A stretch of DNA of 64,000 bases from a virus. Both the position numbers and the translations under genes were made by a program. Shown piece after piece: positions 8,675 to 18,179 of the stretch. The stretch's first letter is position 1, and every line of letters starts with the position of its first letter. The notes beneath the pieces are model-generated. The model was not told where the DNA came from. It saw only the letters and a program-made list of their open reading frames with translations, and ran no database searches. Location of the stretch: IMG/VR virus record IMGVR_UViG_3300036806_000149, positions 20,778 to 84,777 of that record; one strand, given 5' to 3'.

Positions 8675-11258
8675 CGGCCACCAGGGCGTCGAGCACGGCT
8701 GAGATGTAATCCTTCTGACTGTCGGCAGGGAGATCGTTGGTCAGGAAGATCGTCTCTGTCAAGGGGTCATAGCGAGCTAACACGCCCTCGCTGATCTCCT
8801 CGACGTGCTCGATCGAGAGGTTGGTGGCCGGAATGATTCTCCAGGCCAGCGTCCCGTTGGGGTGCTCGCGCTCGCGCAGCGCCTCGGGGATCGAGAAGAG
8901 CTGGCCGTCGCGGTCCTCGCAGAACTTATCGGTCGGCCCGTGGCGGGCGTCGAGCGCCTGGAGCGTGGTCGCGCCGGCCGCCTGGGCGGTGAGCGCGGTG
9001 GCGGCGTTGTAGACGTCGCGGACCTCGGTCCGGACCAGCCGATCGGCCTTCCAGTCGGGGAAGTTGACGAAGTGCTCGCGCGCCCGCTGGATCAGATCGT
9101 CCTGCGAGATATTCGGGTTGTCGGCCAGCTCGGAGGCGACAAAGTCCCGCAGCTCGGTGCGCGTGGTGGAGGCCACCTCGGCCGCGAACTCGGCGATGTG
9201 GTCTGAGACCCAGCCCTCGATGTCATCAACACCGGGCCGGTCAGAAAGTTTCGCCTTGCCGCCCTCAATCTTCGAGGCCCGGTTGAGAATCTTCTGGAAG
9301 ATCTCCTTGGTCCGGGTGAGCGTCGCCGGCCAGCGCTTGGACTGCTGCCAGTCGGCGATCAGCTTGGTGGCCCGGTCCAGGAAATCTTTCGGGCTCGCCA
9401 GCTCGACGACGTCATCGGTGATCTCGCTGAAGTTGACCTGCCCCAGCGCCTTGAGCGCCGACTCGTACTCGTCGGCGTAGAGATCGTGGTAGAGCAGCCA
9501 GAGCTGACGGGCGAAGCCCTTGATCGTCTTGTCGGTGTAATGCGGCGTGTCGGGCAGGTTCTCGATGAACTGCGTGCCGTTGGTCGAGAAGATCACGATC
9601 GGCTCCGGGGGGCCGGCCACGTAGGAGAAGCCCGTCGAGGAGGGAACCACGCCGACGCCGCCGGGCTGTGGGGTGATCGCCGCCGGCGGGCCTTGCGCGG
9701 CCTGCTGCTGGGCGGCGATCTTCTGCTCGCGGCGATTCTGCTCGGCGAAGTCGGCGATCGGCACACCGGCCTCTTCGAGCACCTCCTGGAGATCGACGAG
9801 CTTGAGCAGCTCCTGCACGCCGGTGTCCTGCTGACCGATGAGCTGGATGACCTGCTGGGTGAAGGTCACATCGACGTCGGCGAACCCCTGCATGACGAAC
9901 TCGGCCACGCCCGCGTTCTGGAGGAAGTCGGGGTAGTTGACGGCCAGCCACTGGGGGATCAGCCATCTGTTGATCGACTCCACGATCTGGGCCGAGAGCA
10001 CCGCCTGGGACTCGGTGAAGCTCGACTGCATCTCGGCGGCCACGTTGCGCGAGGAGGTGCCGCCCTTGCCCTCGAAGAACGCCTGCTCGGGGATCGCCAG
10101 CGCCCGGAGCTTCTGCACGTCGAGGTACTCGAAGCTCTTGTCGAAGGGATCGAAGTTGGTGGCGTTCTCGGTGAAGCCGATCTCCCACTGGCGGGTCGTG
10201 CCCCGGCCGGTGGCGTCCTCGTAGACCTCGGAGGGCAGCGCCATCACGCCCCCGGAGCGCATCCGCTCGCCCATCGTCAGCGCATAGTCGGCGTAGTTGG
10301 TGGTGACCCCGGAGATCTCATCGACGAACTCGCCCTCGGGGTGGTAGACGAGCACGGAGGGGTCGGCCTTACGCTCGAACGCGCGGTCGGCGATCGCCCA
10401 CCGAAACCAGTAGCTCCACCAGTAGCGATAGGCGTAGCCCAGCCGGGGATAGCCGAAGATCGAGCCGAAGTTCTGCTCGCGCTCGTGGGTGACCCACAGC
10501 GAGTGGTAGAGATCGATCTTGTACGCGGTGCGGATACCCGACACGTTGGCCGGCGTGTAGGACTGCTTGGAGGGGTCGAAGTCGATCCCGTTGAACTGAC
10601 CCTGGCCGTCCCACGAGGGCTCGCACGCCTCGGGCTGCATCCCCACGAACGGCTTCCAGCGAATCGGCTGAATCCCACCCTGTGATCCCCAGATCGGCTG
10701 CTCGGACTGTTCGCCAGAATTCTGATCAGTCTGTATATATGTGCCTGCTGGAATTCCCAGCTCGAATCTTTTCGCCACCGGCTGAAAGCCGAAGTCCAGG
10801 GCGTTGCACCACTGGAACACGAACGCGGCGTAGATCCGGCGCAGATCGTGATCGAGATGGGCGGAGACCTGGGGATTGGGGCCGTTCTTGTCGCGGGCGC
10901 TGATCATCCACTTGGCCCGCACGTGGGGCGTCTTGATGAACGAGAGCCCGAACGCCAGCATCGGGTCGCGGCGCATCGCCCGCAACCGCGAGAGCGGGAT
11001 GTGCTCGACCTCGAACGGGGAACCGAGCTGGTCGGCGGCCTGTCGCCAGTTGGCGAAGATGGCCTGCTGCTGCTGGGAAGGAGCCTGTTCCTTGCCGGAG
11101 ACCGACGAGCGGATCTTGGCGGCTTCTTCGGGCGCGATGTCGCCCGGAACGACCTTGCCGCCGCCGTTGGCTCCTGACGTTCTAGTGATCTTCACCGGGG
11201 GAATGGGCTTACCTCTCGGGCGTGATTGGCCCGCCGAGCGACTTGCGCCACTGGTCAA
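8667..11258 (-). CDS. Portal protein fused to a C-terminal Mu gpF-like head-morphogenesis domain (true start probably at about 11204 or 11195)
   Basis: Follows the terminase; NFGSIFGYPRLGYAYRYW portal-like segment; RLVRTEV...C..RDG...EHPNGT gpF-like motif. Confidence 0.75.
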   Translation of the reverse strand: MTSGASRSAGQSRPRGKPIPPVKITRTSGANGGGKVVPGDIAPEEAAKIRSSVSGKEQAPSQQQQAIFANWRQAADQLGSPFEVEHIPLSRLRAMRRDPMLAFGLSFIKTPHVRAKWMISARDKNGPNPQVSAHLDHDLRRIYAAFVFQWCNALDFGFQPVAKRFELGIPAGTYIQTDQNSGEQSEQPIWGSQGGIQPIRWKPFVGMQPEACEPSWDGQGQFNGIDFDPSKQSYTPANVSGIRTAYKIDLYHSLWVTHEREQNFGSIFGYPRLGYAYRYWWSYWFRWAIADRAFERKADPSVLVYHPEGEFVDEISGVTTNYADYALTMGERMRSGGVMALPSEVYEDATGRGTTRQWEIGFTENATNFDPFDKSFEYLDVQKLRALAIPEQAFFEGKGGTSSRNVAAEMQSSFTESQAVLSAQIVESINRWLIPQWLAVNYPDFLQNAGVAEFVMQGFADVDVTFTQQVIQLIGQQDTGVQELLKLVDLQEVLEEAGVPIADFAEQNRREQKIAAQQQAAQGPPAAITPQPGGVGVVPSSTGFSYVAGPPEPIVIFSTNGTQFIENLPDTPHYTDKTIKGFARQLWLLYHDLYADEYESALKALGQVNFSEITDDVVELASPKDFLDRATKLIADWQQSKRWPATLTRTKEIFQKILNRASKIEGGKAKLSDRPGVDDIEGWVSDHIAEFAAEVASTTRTELRDFVASELADNPNISQDDLIQRAREHFVNFPDWKADRLVRTEVRDVYNAATALTAQAAGATTLQALDARHGPTDKFCEDRDGQLFSIPEALREREHPNGTLAWRIIPATNLSIEHVEEISEGVLARYDPLTETIFLTNDLPADSQKDYISAVLDALVADG

Positions 11259-13056
11259 ACTCGGTCTCGTCCTTGCTCCGGAAGCCTATCGGCCCCGTGG
11301 GCGGTCGCACAATCCTGACACTCACTGCGCGATCGATCGGTCGAGCCGAGGGCCGCGCGCCGGTGTTCAGCGCCTTGCGCTTGACCTTGCGGATGTTGGC
11401 CACGGCGTAGCGGAAGTTCGACATTGCGTGGTTGAACTCGTCGATCTGGTTGAGCGTCTTGGGGTCTCTGCGCCAGGCCACGGCCTCCCGGCAGAACATC
11501 GGGCAGCGAATCGCATCGACGTAGAAAAGATCCTCGGTGACCTGCTCCTTGACCAGTTTGATGTGCTCCTCGAACTCGCGCGTGGTGTGCCACTTGGTGT
11601 GCAGGTTGATGTCCTTCCAGTCCATCCGGGCCGACTTGCCCTGGGGGTCGGCGAATCGCTCATAGACCCGCCAGCCGGGAAAGATCTTCTTCCACTGCTG
11701 CTCGCGCTCCTTGACCAGTTTCCCCAGCGCGGCATTGCCGATCTCGGCCTTGTAGATCTCGTCGAAGCACACGATCGTGCCCTCGCGCAGCCGGCGCACT
11801 TCGCCCAGGAAAGTTTCGGCCTCGATCTCGTAGCGCAGGAGCTGGTACCAGTTGACCGCGTGGGGGTTGGTCCCGCCCCAGTCCACGGCCAGGAAGATCG
11901 GGCCGTTTCGGGGATCGGCCAGGTAGTTGCGCAAGCCGTGGCGGTTCTCTGAGAACGTCGGCAGGTAGTGATAGCGCGTCTCGGGTTTGGCGCAGAGCTG
12001 CTGGCACTCGAATGTTTCGGGGTCGTTCTCCTTGAACTGCTTGACCAGATCCTCATACGGCTGCCATCCCCGAGAGCGAAAGAAGTCGCCCTTGCAGATG
12101 TGAGTGAGCAGACGCGGCGTGTCGTCGTCCCACTCGCCCTTGCGGATCAGATGGCACTCGCACTTCTCGTTGGGATCGCGGCCCAGCTCCTTGAGACGGG
12201 CCTGGCGCATGAACGTGTTGGCCATCTGACAGTGAGCCTGCTGAGCAGCAGTCTCCTTGATACACCATATATACAACTTGCGCGGTGGCCGGAAGCCCTC
12301 GCGGATGGCCTTCTCGATCTCGTTGATCATCTCCTGGACACGCCCATTGGGTCCCTTGCGGGTGCTGGTGGCGATGTCCTGGGGCTTGATCAACCGGCCC
12401 TCTCGGGAGACCTTGGAGATCGTCATGTTGCGCGACTCAGACCACGTGCCGGCGTCCATCAGCTCGACCTCGTCGGCGTGCGCCTTCTGGGGGTGGGGGC
12501 CGTTGACGGCGGCCGGCGTGCCCGGGAGCACCTCGACCTTGGAGGTGTTGCGCCACACCGTCTCACGCATCAGCGAGGAGACGATCTCGGGGCGCTTCTC
12601 GCCGTCGTCGTCATAGATCCACCCCTTCAGGTGGGCGTAGCAGCGCAAGCTCTGGGCCTCGGTGGCCCCGAACGTGCAGCTCTCACACCCCGGCTTGAAC
12701 TTCGAGTTCAGCCAGTGCAGCAGCGCCACCATCATCGTCTTGGCCCCGCCCCGGTTGGCCACGCCCAGACCGGCGTCGATCCGCTCGAAGTACAGATCGG
12801 CCAGGAACTGGAAGGGCGGGTCGTGACCCTCGCACACGGCCACCCGGGGGATGTTGATCCCCAGCTCGGCCCGAATGCAGTCGTGCAGCTCGTCGTCGTC
12901 CTGCGGCCCCTGAATGGACAGGCGATGCTCCAACTCGGCCTGGGCCTTGAACATCTCCTGAAGCTCTTCGGTGGGGAGCTGCTTGAGCAGCTCCAGCATC
13001 GATTCAGGGGTGTCGGGGAGTCTAGGCGGAGACGTTGCCATCGATGACGTCCTCAT
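11209..13056 (-). CDS. terL: Terminase large subunit
   Basis: ANRGGAKT Walker A; ADEVE Walker B; ATST; AVDWG and D..NHAMSNFRY nuclease motifs. Confidence 0.88.
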   Translation of the reverse strand: MRTSSMATSPPRLPDTPESMLELLKQLPTEELQEMFKAQAELEHRLSIQGPQDDDELHDCIRAELGINIPRVAVCEGHDPPFQFLADLYFERIDAGLGVANRGGAKTMMVALLHWLNSKFKPGCESCTFGATEAQSLRCYAHLKGWIYDDDGEKRPEIVSSLMRETVWRNTSKVEVLPGTPAAVNGPHPQKAHADEVELMDAGTWSESRNMTISKVSREGRLIKPQDIATSTRKGPNGRVQEMINEIEKAIREGFRPPRKLYIWCIKETAAQQAHCQMANTFMRQARLKELGRDPNEKCECHLIRKGEWDDDTPRLLTHICKGDFFRSRGWQPYEDLVKQFKENDPETFECQQLCAKPETRYHYLPTFSENRHGLRNYLADPRNGPIFLAVDWGGTNPHAVNWYQLLRYEIEAETFLGEVRRLREGTIVCFDEIYKAEIGNAALGKLVKEREQQWKKIFPGWRVYERFADPQGKSARMDWKDINLHTKWHTTREFEEHIKLVKEQVTEDLFYVDAIRCPMFCREAVAWRRDPKTLNQIDEFNHAMSNFRYAVANIRKVKRKALNTGARPSARPIDRAVSVRIVRPPTGPIGFRSKDETEFDQWRKSLGGPITPER

Positions 13057-13537
13057 CGACCACCTCGACGTCCACCACGGCCTGCGCCTCTAGCTGACGG
13101 CGCAGAATCTGGGCGGCGGGTCCGGCGGTCAACTTGTCCGCGAGGATGGCGATTAGCTCATCGCGCGAGTGCTGCTTGGCCTCGGCCTCTTCTTCCTGGA
13201 GCTGAATCTTTCGCTCGGACTGCTCGACGTCGAGCCACTGCTGAGCCGCCTTGAGCCGAGTCCCCATCGGCTGATTGCGGGCGATCGCCTCCTGGAACAC
13301 GAGGGCGATCTCGGCGGCGTGAAGCTGAGCGGCCTCGGCCACGTAGTGCGCGGCGGTCTTCTTGCGCAGCCGGCGGCGCTCCTCGGCGTTGGCTCGCTGC
13401 GCGGCGTGCGCGGCGGCGATCTGCTCGGGCCTTCCCCACGTGCCCTCGGCGTGACGCTGCTTGGCCAGCTCGGACAACTTCTGTCGTCTCTCGGGTGAGA
13501 GATTCATCTTCCTCGTCATCCGAGGCACCTTGGCCAC
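13022..13537 (-). CDS. Probable terminase small subunit
   Basis: Helical protein immediately upstream of, and overlapping, terL. Confidence 0.5.
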   Translation of the reverse strand: MAKVPRMTRKMNLSPERRQKLSELAKQRHAEGTWGRPEQIAAAHAAQRANAEERRRLRKKTAAHYVAEAAQLHAAEIALVFQEAIARNQPMGTRLKAAQQWLDVEQSERKIQLQEEEAEAKQHSRDELIAILADKLTAGPAAQILRRQLEAQAVVDVEVVDEDVIDGNVSA

Positions 13538-13549
13538 GGACGGAGGATA

Positions 13550-14533
13550 CTATCCAGTGAGTGCCAGCAGGGGCTCTTCCGCTTGTAGCTGAAGCTCAGC
13601 TACATCGGCAAACAAGTGTGGGTACAGCTCCTGCAAGCTGGTAGAACCTTCGGCCTGCAAGCAGCTATCGACGAAGTCAGATCCCACCTCTGCCTGGGCA
13701 TCGCCGTCGATCCGGTACCGATACAGCGAGCGCTGATCGACGCCGCAGGCGGTAGCTAGGTTGCCCCAGGAACCGTGGTAGTCATCGATCCGATAGTCCA
13801 GCCACAGGGCGAACGAGAGCGCCGAGACCTGGACATCGGGACCGATATTGCGCTTGGCCAGCCGCTCCTCGTCGCGAGGAATTCCGGCCTCCCGGCGCTT
13901 GGCCTCGGTGTAGATGCGCTCGTACTCGCGCTTTTGCTCCAGCCACTGAGAATCTTTCTTGCGCTCGTGATATAGCTCACGCGCACGTTCGCGTTGTTGT
14001 TCGAGCGACAGCTTGGGCTGGCGTGTGCCGTAGGGCTTGCCCCGCCGTCTGAGCCCCTGGGTGTAGCGGGTGCGAATGCGCTGGCAGGTCTTGCAGATCG
14101 ACTGCCAGGCGATGACGTTGCCCTCACGGTCACGCTCGCGGGCGTGGAAGTCGATGATCAACCGCCAGCGGTCACAGACAGAGCAGAATCGTCGCCCGCA
14201 CACGACCGCTGGCATAGGCGAGGGATCACGAGGCTTGCGCCGGTCGCGATGACGCTTGCAGGTGCAGTTCGGCTTACAGAAATGAGCGTATCGGTGACGA
14301 CCACGCTGTCCCTTACGGGCCGTGAGCACATTCAGACGGGACTGCTGTTCATCGGTGAGTCGCAGATTGTTCCGGCGTAAGTACCTACGGAACGTCGTAT
14401 ATGCCACCTGATGCTTATTTGCTATCTGTCCCTGAGTGAGTCTTCCGTGTAGGTACTCACTTGCTGCAATCGCCAGCTTCTTATGTAGATACTCCGTAGC
14501 TAGAGATCCTGATGGTTGTCTCTGGCCATTCAC
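13550..14533 (-). CDS. Hypothetical DNA-binding protein (N-terminal HTH, CxxC pairs)
   Basis: LTQGQIANKHQVAYTTFRRYL HTH; CSVC...CKTC; second HTH-like segment near the C-terminus. Confidence 0.6.
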   Translation of the reverse strand: MNGQRQPSGSLATEYLHKKLAIAASEYLHGRLTQGQIANKHQVAYTTFRRYLRRNNLRLTDEQQSRLNVLTARKGQRGRHRYAHFCKPNCTCKRHRDRRKPRDPSPMPAVVCGRRFCSVCDRWRLIIDFHARERDREGNVIAWQSICKTCQRIRTRYTQGLRRRGKPYGTRQPKLSLEQQRERARELYHERKKDSQWLEQKREYERIYTEAKRREAGIPRDEERLAKRNIGPDVQVSALSFALWLDYRIDDYHGSWGNLATACGVDQRSLYRYRIDGDAQAEVGSDFVDSCLQAEGSTSLQELYPHLFADVAELQLQAEEPLLALTG

Positions 14534-14909
14534 CCCAAACTCGCTCTACGGTTGCTTTAGCTATGAGCACGTCATCTCTATAGGCCCTCGTGTTCAGTGC
14601 GTCACAAATCAGCTTCAAGGCGTTGTCCACGTCCGGCTTGCGATTCCGAGGAACAGGATGCCGCAAACCCTCAGCAGATAGCTCCCCGTTCTTACGAAAG
14701 TGACCACGGGGGCGCACTACGACAATCCTAATCACAATCGCGAGCGCCGTGTCGTCTTGTAGACGCGGCTCACCAGCTTCCCTCCAAACTGCGCGAACCT
14801 CGTTCTCCGAGATGATATTGCTGGGCGGCGTGTAAGCGCGCTTGGTCCGGGGATCGAAGCGCTGACGCTGCTTAGTCTCGGCCTTCCCGGCGACTCGAAG
14901 CTCGATCAG
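14481..14909 (-). CDS. rusA: RusA family Holliday-junction resolvase (start non-canonical or uncertain)
   Basis: KPDVDNALKLICDALNTRAYRDD signature; frame open upstream of the track start (IELRVAGKAETKQRQRF...YTP). Confidence 0.85.
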   Translation of the reverse strand: MIELRVAGKAETKQRQRFDPRTKRAYTPPSNIISENEVRAVWREAGEPRLQDDTALAIVIRIVVVRPRGHFRKNGELSAEGLRHPVPRNRKPDVDNALKLICDALNTRAYRDDVLIAKATVERVWGEWPETTIRISSYGVST

Positions 14910-15038
14910 AGAATCAGGTTCCAGCTCCAGAGGATCAGCTTGAGCAGCAGATGCAGCACCGCCGGGCCGAGGGCGCAGATGACGAGAAACTCGATCGCGA
15001 GAATGAGGAATTTGGTTCCTCCGCTGGGCGGCGGCGGG

Positions 15039-16412
15039 TCACTTGCCACCGGATCGACGCAAGATTCCTGACGGCTTACCGCCCGAGCGTTGCCATTCGT
15101 CCATCCGCATTGATTCATGACGGGAGAGCTGCTCCAGGAGCTTGTAGTAGGAATCGCGCTCAGATCGATGCGCCGAAGCGAAGATCTCGTGCCGGCGCTG
15201 GCGCTTGCGCCACGTCTTGACGTTCTCATCCTGCTCGATCTCGGCCTCCAGGATCGTGACCTTCACGTCCTTGCCGTGCGAAGACCCCACCAGCAGCGCC
15301 CGCGCCATCTCGTCGGCGGCGAGCTTGCACAGCAGGGAGATCCGCTGATCGCGCGCCCAGCGATAGTCCACGTAGTAGGCAAAGCCGGCGAACGTGCTGT
15401 AGAGGCGTTGCAGCTCCTGGTCAGAGAGCTTGGTCCAGTCCCAGGGCAGCTCGGGGGCGGCGTCGGCGGGCGGCTCGGGAGTGTGCATCCGCTGGCCCGC
15501 AATCTCCTGCTCGACGTCGAGGACCAGCTTTTGATACTCGTCGTCGGAGGGCTCTACCGGCTCTTCAACAGACCGCTCTGGACCAGCTTGCGCCACCGAT
15601 TCGGTTTCATCGGCTGGTTCTTGTGATACCGCCTCAGCAGCTTCTCCTCGCTGCTCAGGTTCGGCATCGGGTGCTTCTGGCCCTTGATCGGCATCCGGTA
15701 CTTCCTCGCCGTCGCCCTCGCCTCCCTCAGCGCTCGGCGCTGGTTCGGGCTCGGCCGGCTCGGCGGCAGGTGCATCCGCTCCCGCTTGCGCTGACGGTGG
15801 CTCTTCTTGGGTCGCACCGGTCTCCTTGATCTGGTCGTGAACGTCCACCAGGCCGTTGAGGATCGTCTGGCGGTTGCGGTGCGTGGACTCATAGGCCCAG
15901 ACGTTTCGGAGCAGCTCGTACAGCTCGCTCAGGTCATAGTCGTCGAGCGCCGCGTTGACGCCCTCGATCACGCCCTGGACCTTCTCGCGGTTATAGCCCT
16001 CCCAGGGTTCGAGCTTGGACAGCTCCTGAAGATCATCGGCGCGGAACGCCTCGGGGGCGTGCTCGACGATGTTGCGAGCGTCCTGGATCTGCTCCTCGGG
16101 CGGAATCTTTTCGGGCTCGCTCGTGGTTTCGGGAGAACTCTGCTCCTCTGGCTCGCTCGATGACGCCGGTGAACTCGTGTCGGTTGACTCGCTGGACTCC
16201 GCCCCGTTGCCGTCCTCGAACTGGGCGGCCATCCGCAGAATCTTTTCCACCTCCGGCCCGCGCACCTGCTGCTCCCAGGCGTCGGTGGCCAGCTCGATCA
16301 GGGCGTTGGCCTCGGCGATCAGCTTGGCGTCCTCGTCGGGGATCGGGCCTTCGAAGCTCCCATCCTGCTTGCCCTGGACGATCAGCTCTCTGGCTTGACT
16401 GGGTTTCATCAC
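15039..16412 (-). CDS. Acidic hypothetical protein with coiled-coil C-terminus
   Basis: ORF track; AGGAG RBS before GTG/ATG at 16412/16409; an in-frame ATG at 16613 is also possible. Confidence 0.65.
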   Translation of the reverse strand: MMKPSQARELIVQGKQDGSFEGPIPDEDAKLIAEANALIELATDAWEQQVRGPEVEKILRMAAQFEDGNGAESSESTDTSSPASSSEPEEQSSPETTSEPEKIPPEEQIQDARNIVEHAPEAFRADDLQELSKLEPWEGYNREKVQGVIEGVNAALDDYDLSELYELLRNVWAYESTHRNRQTILNGLVDVHDQIKETGATQEEPPSAQAGADAPAAEPAEPEPAPSAEGGEGDGEEVPDADQGPEAPDAEPEQRGEAAEAVSQEPADETESVAQAGPERSVEEPVEPSDDEYQKLVLDVEQEIAGQRMHTPEPPADAAPELPWDWTKLSDQELQRLYSTFAGFAYYVDYRWARDQRISLLCKLAADEMARALLVGSSHGKDVKVTILEAEIEQDENVKTWRKRQRRHEIFASAHRSERDSYYKLLEQLSRHESMRMDEWQRSGGKPSGILRRSGGK

Positions 16413-16593
16413 TTGTCTCCTGTCACGACCCCAAATGAAATCTCCGATGAACTCCACGCCCGCCGCACCGGCCACGCGATACGCGCTCTCATCGGCCTCT
16501 CCCATGCAGATTGCTGAAAGTGCATCCTCTACCAGTACCTCTGGATCGCCATCTACACCGTAGCTAGAAGCAACTTCGCTGACCGCAACCTGC

Positions 16594-17646
16594 TCACGCG
16601 GCGAGAGAATCATCGGCGGTCGATGAGATCTTAGCATCCTCCTCCCACTCATCGAGCACGCGCTGACGAGCGGTCTGGTAGTCGTAATCCGGGCGCACCA
16701 GCTTGGCCCGCTCGATACCCACGGAATCCGCGAGCAGCGCCACGCCCTCCTTGAAATCGAGCTGGCACGTCTTCTTGTAGTCACAGAACTGACACGGCGG
16801 ATAGGACCACCGCCAGCCGAAGGGGTGACGCTTCGAAGGATTTTCTTCGGGCAAAACACCGTCGATGAAAAACTTCCGCCACTGCTTGAGCCGCTCGACT
16901 CCCATCTCGAAAAACTTCTCGTCGTAATCGACACGGAACTCGGCCGTGTTGGCCGGATTGTCCCGCGACATGTAGAAGATGATGCCGTGCGTGACTGGTT
17001 GGAGCCCCGGCCACAGCTCGTCTTGAAAATGACGCACGAGCGCGATCTGGACCTTGTTCTGCGAGATGTGAGCCGGATCGGGGCCTCTGAGACCGAGCTG
17101 CATCTTCTCGATGTCCTTGGACTCCTTGGTCTTGATCTCGACCGGGAGCGGCTTCTGCCAGTTGGGCGGCTGGATCACCGAATCGACGGAGGAGGTGAGC
17201 CAGGCGTCTGACCAGGTGAAGCCGGTCTGCACCGCCTCCTCGGGCGACGCCGACAGCAAGATGCCCGCTTCGTGCCACGTCCTGACCAGCTCCACCTCAG
17301 CGTCCTTGCCGGCCTGCATGACGACTCGCGACCGCCGCGAGAAGGGCTCGGCGCTGGGCAGATCCATCATCCGATACAGGGCCTGCCGGCTGCACGCCAT
17401 CGGGTTGTCGCCGGGGAACTGAGAGCCGTGGAAGGACACATGCCAAGCTCGCCCGTGGGGGGAGTCGTCGTCCTGGGAGCGCCAGCGCACGTCCTCGACC
17501 TGGCGATAGGCACTGCGCGTGATCGGGTCCACGGTGCGGATGATCTGGAGCCGGCTGAGAAGTTCCTGGCGCGTGAGCTTGCGCAGTCCGAGCGCCGAGC
17601 GCAGCTTCAGACCGGCCAGCGTGCCCTTGTCGTAGATGTACCTCAT
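16594..17646 (-). CDS. Cas4-like PD-(D/E)XK exonuclease with Fe-S cysteines
   Basis: C.RQ..Y; VD...VEIKT; Q; CQFCDYKKTC; lies in a recombination module next to RecA. Confidence 0.8.
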   Translation of the reverse strand: MRYIYDKGTLAGLKLRSALGLRKLTRQELLSRLQIIRTVDPITRSAYRQVEDVRWRSQDDDSPHGRAWHVSFHGSQFPGDNPMACSRQALYRMMDLPSAEPFSRRSRVVMQAGKDAEVELVRTWHEAGILLSASPEEAVQTGFTWSDAWLTSSVDSVIQPPNWQKPLPVEIKTKESKDIEKMQLGLRGPDPAHISQNKVQIALVRHFQDELWPGLQPVTHGIIFYMSRDNPANTAEFRVDYDEKFFEMGVERLKQWRKFFIDGVLPEENPSKRHPFGWRWSYPPCQFCDYKKTCQLDFKEGVALLADSVGIERAKLVRPDYDYQTARQRVLDEWEEDAKISSTADDSLAA

Positions 17647-17660
17647 GCCGGGACGACAGC

Positions 17661-17945
17661 CTAGTTCTTCTGTGCCTGCGCGGCCAGGTATAGCTCGGTG
17701 CCATCGCGGGCGCGCTTGATGAGGTCTTGGATCTGCGCGTCCGAGTTGTTCTCCTCGACCCAATAGATTCGTTCATCCAGCTTGCCGTCAACGCGCAACA
17801 TCTCGTGGATCAGAACGCCGCCGTGCTCGTTCTTGATGCGCTGGCCCACGGACGAATCCTCCGCGCTCCAGATGTCGCCCAGGTTGGTGCCATACGGGCC
17901 ACGCTCGGGGTAGCTCATCCAGCTCCCCTGAAGATACTCGTTCAT
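17661..17945 (-). CDS. Hypothetical protein
   Basis: ORF track; ATGA coupling. Confidence 0.6.
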   Translation of the reverse strand: MNEYLQGSWMSYPERGPYGTNLGDIWSAEDSSVGQRIKNEHGGVLIHEMLRVDGKLDERIYWVEENNSDAQIQDLIKRARDGTELYLAAQAQKN

Positions 17946-18133
17946 CTCGATCCTTTCATCTTCTTGTAGTGGCCCACGACTTGGTTGGCTTTCATATGGA
18001 AGTGATTGATCTGCTTCGAGTGCGGCATGATTCTCAGCTCTCCCTTGCCGCGCTCCTCAACTGTGGCGAAAAAGCGTATTCCTCTGATGTCGCAGTCCAC
18101 TATGTCGCCTGCACTGACACTGGTGAGATTCAT
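17942..18133 (-). CDS. Small SH3-like beta-barrel hypothetical protein
   Basis: AGDIVDCDIRGIRFFATVEE pattern. Confidence 0.55.
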   Translation of the reverse strand: MNLTSVSAGDIVDCDIRGIRFFATVEERGKGELRIMPHSKQINHFHMKANQVVGHYKKMKGSR

Positions 18134-18179
18134 ATGACCCTTTCTCGCGGAAAGGACCATTGTACCACAAACTATGATC

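Noticed and set aside
16594-17646. Cas4-like gene as evidence of CRISPR adaptation or of spacer acquisition for the array
   Set aside because: It sits in a RecA/RusA recombination module about 46 kb from the array, and stand-alone Cas4-like exonucleases are common in phages.
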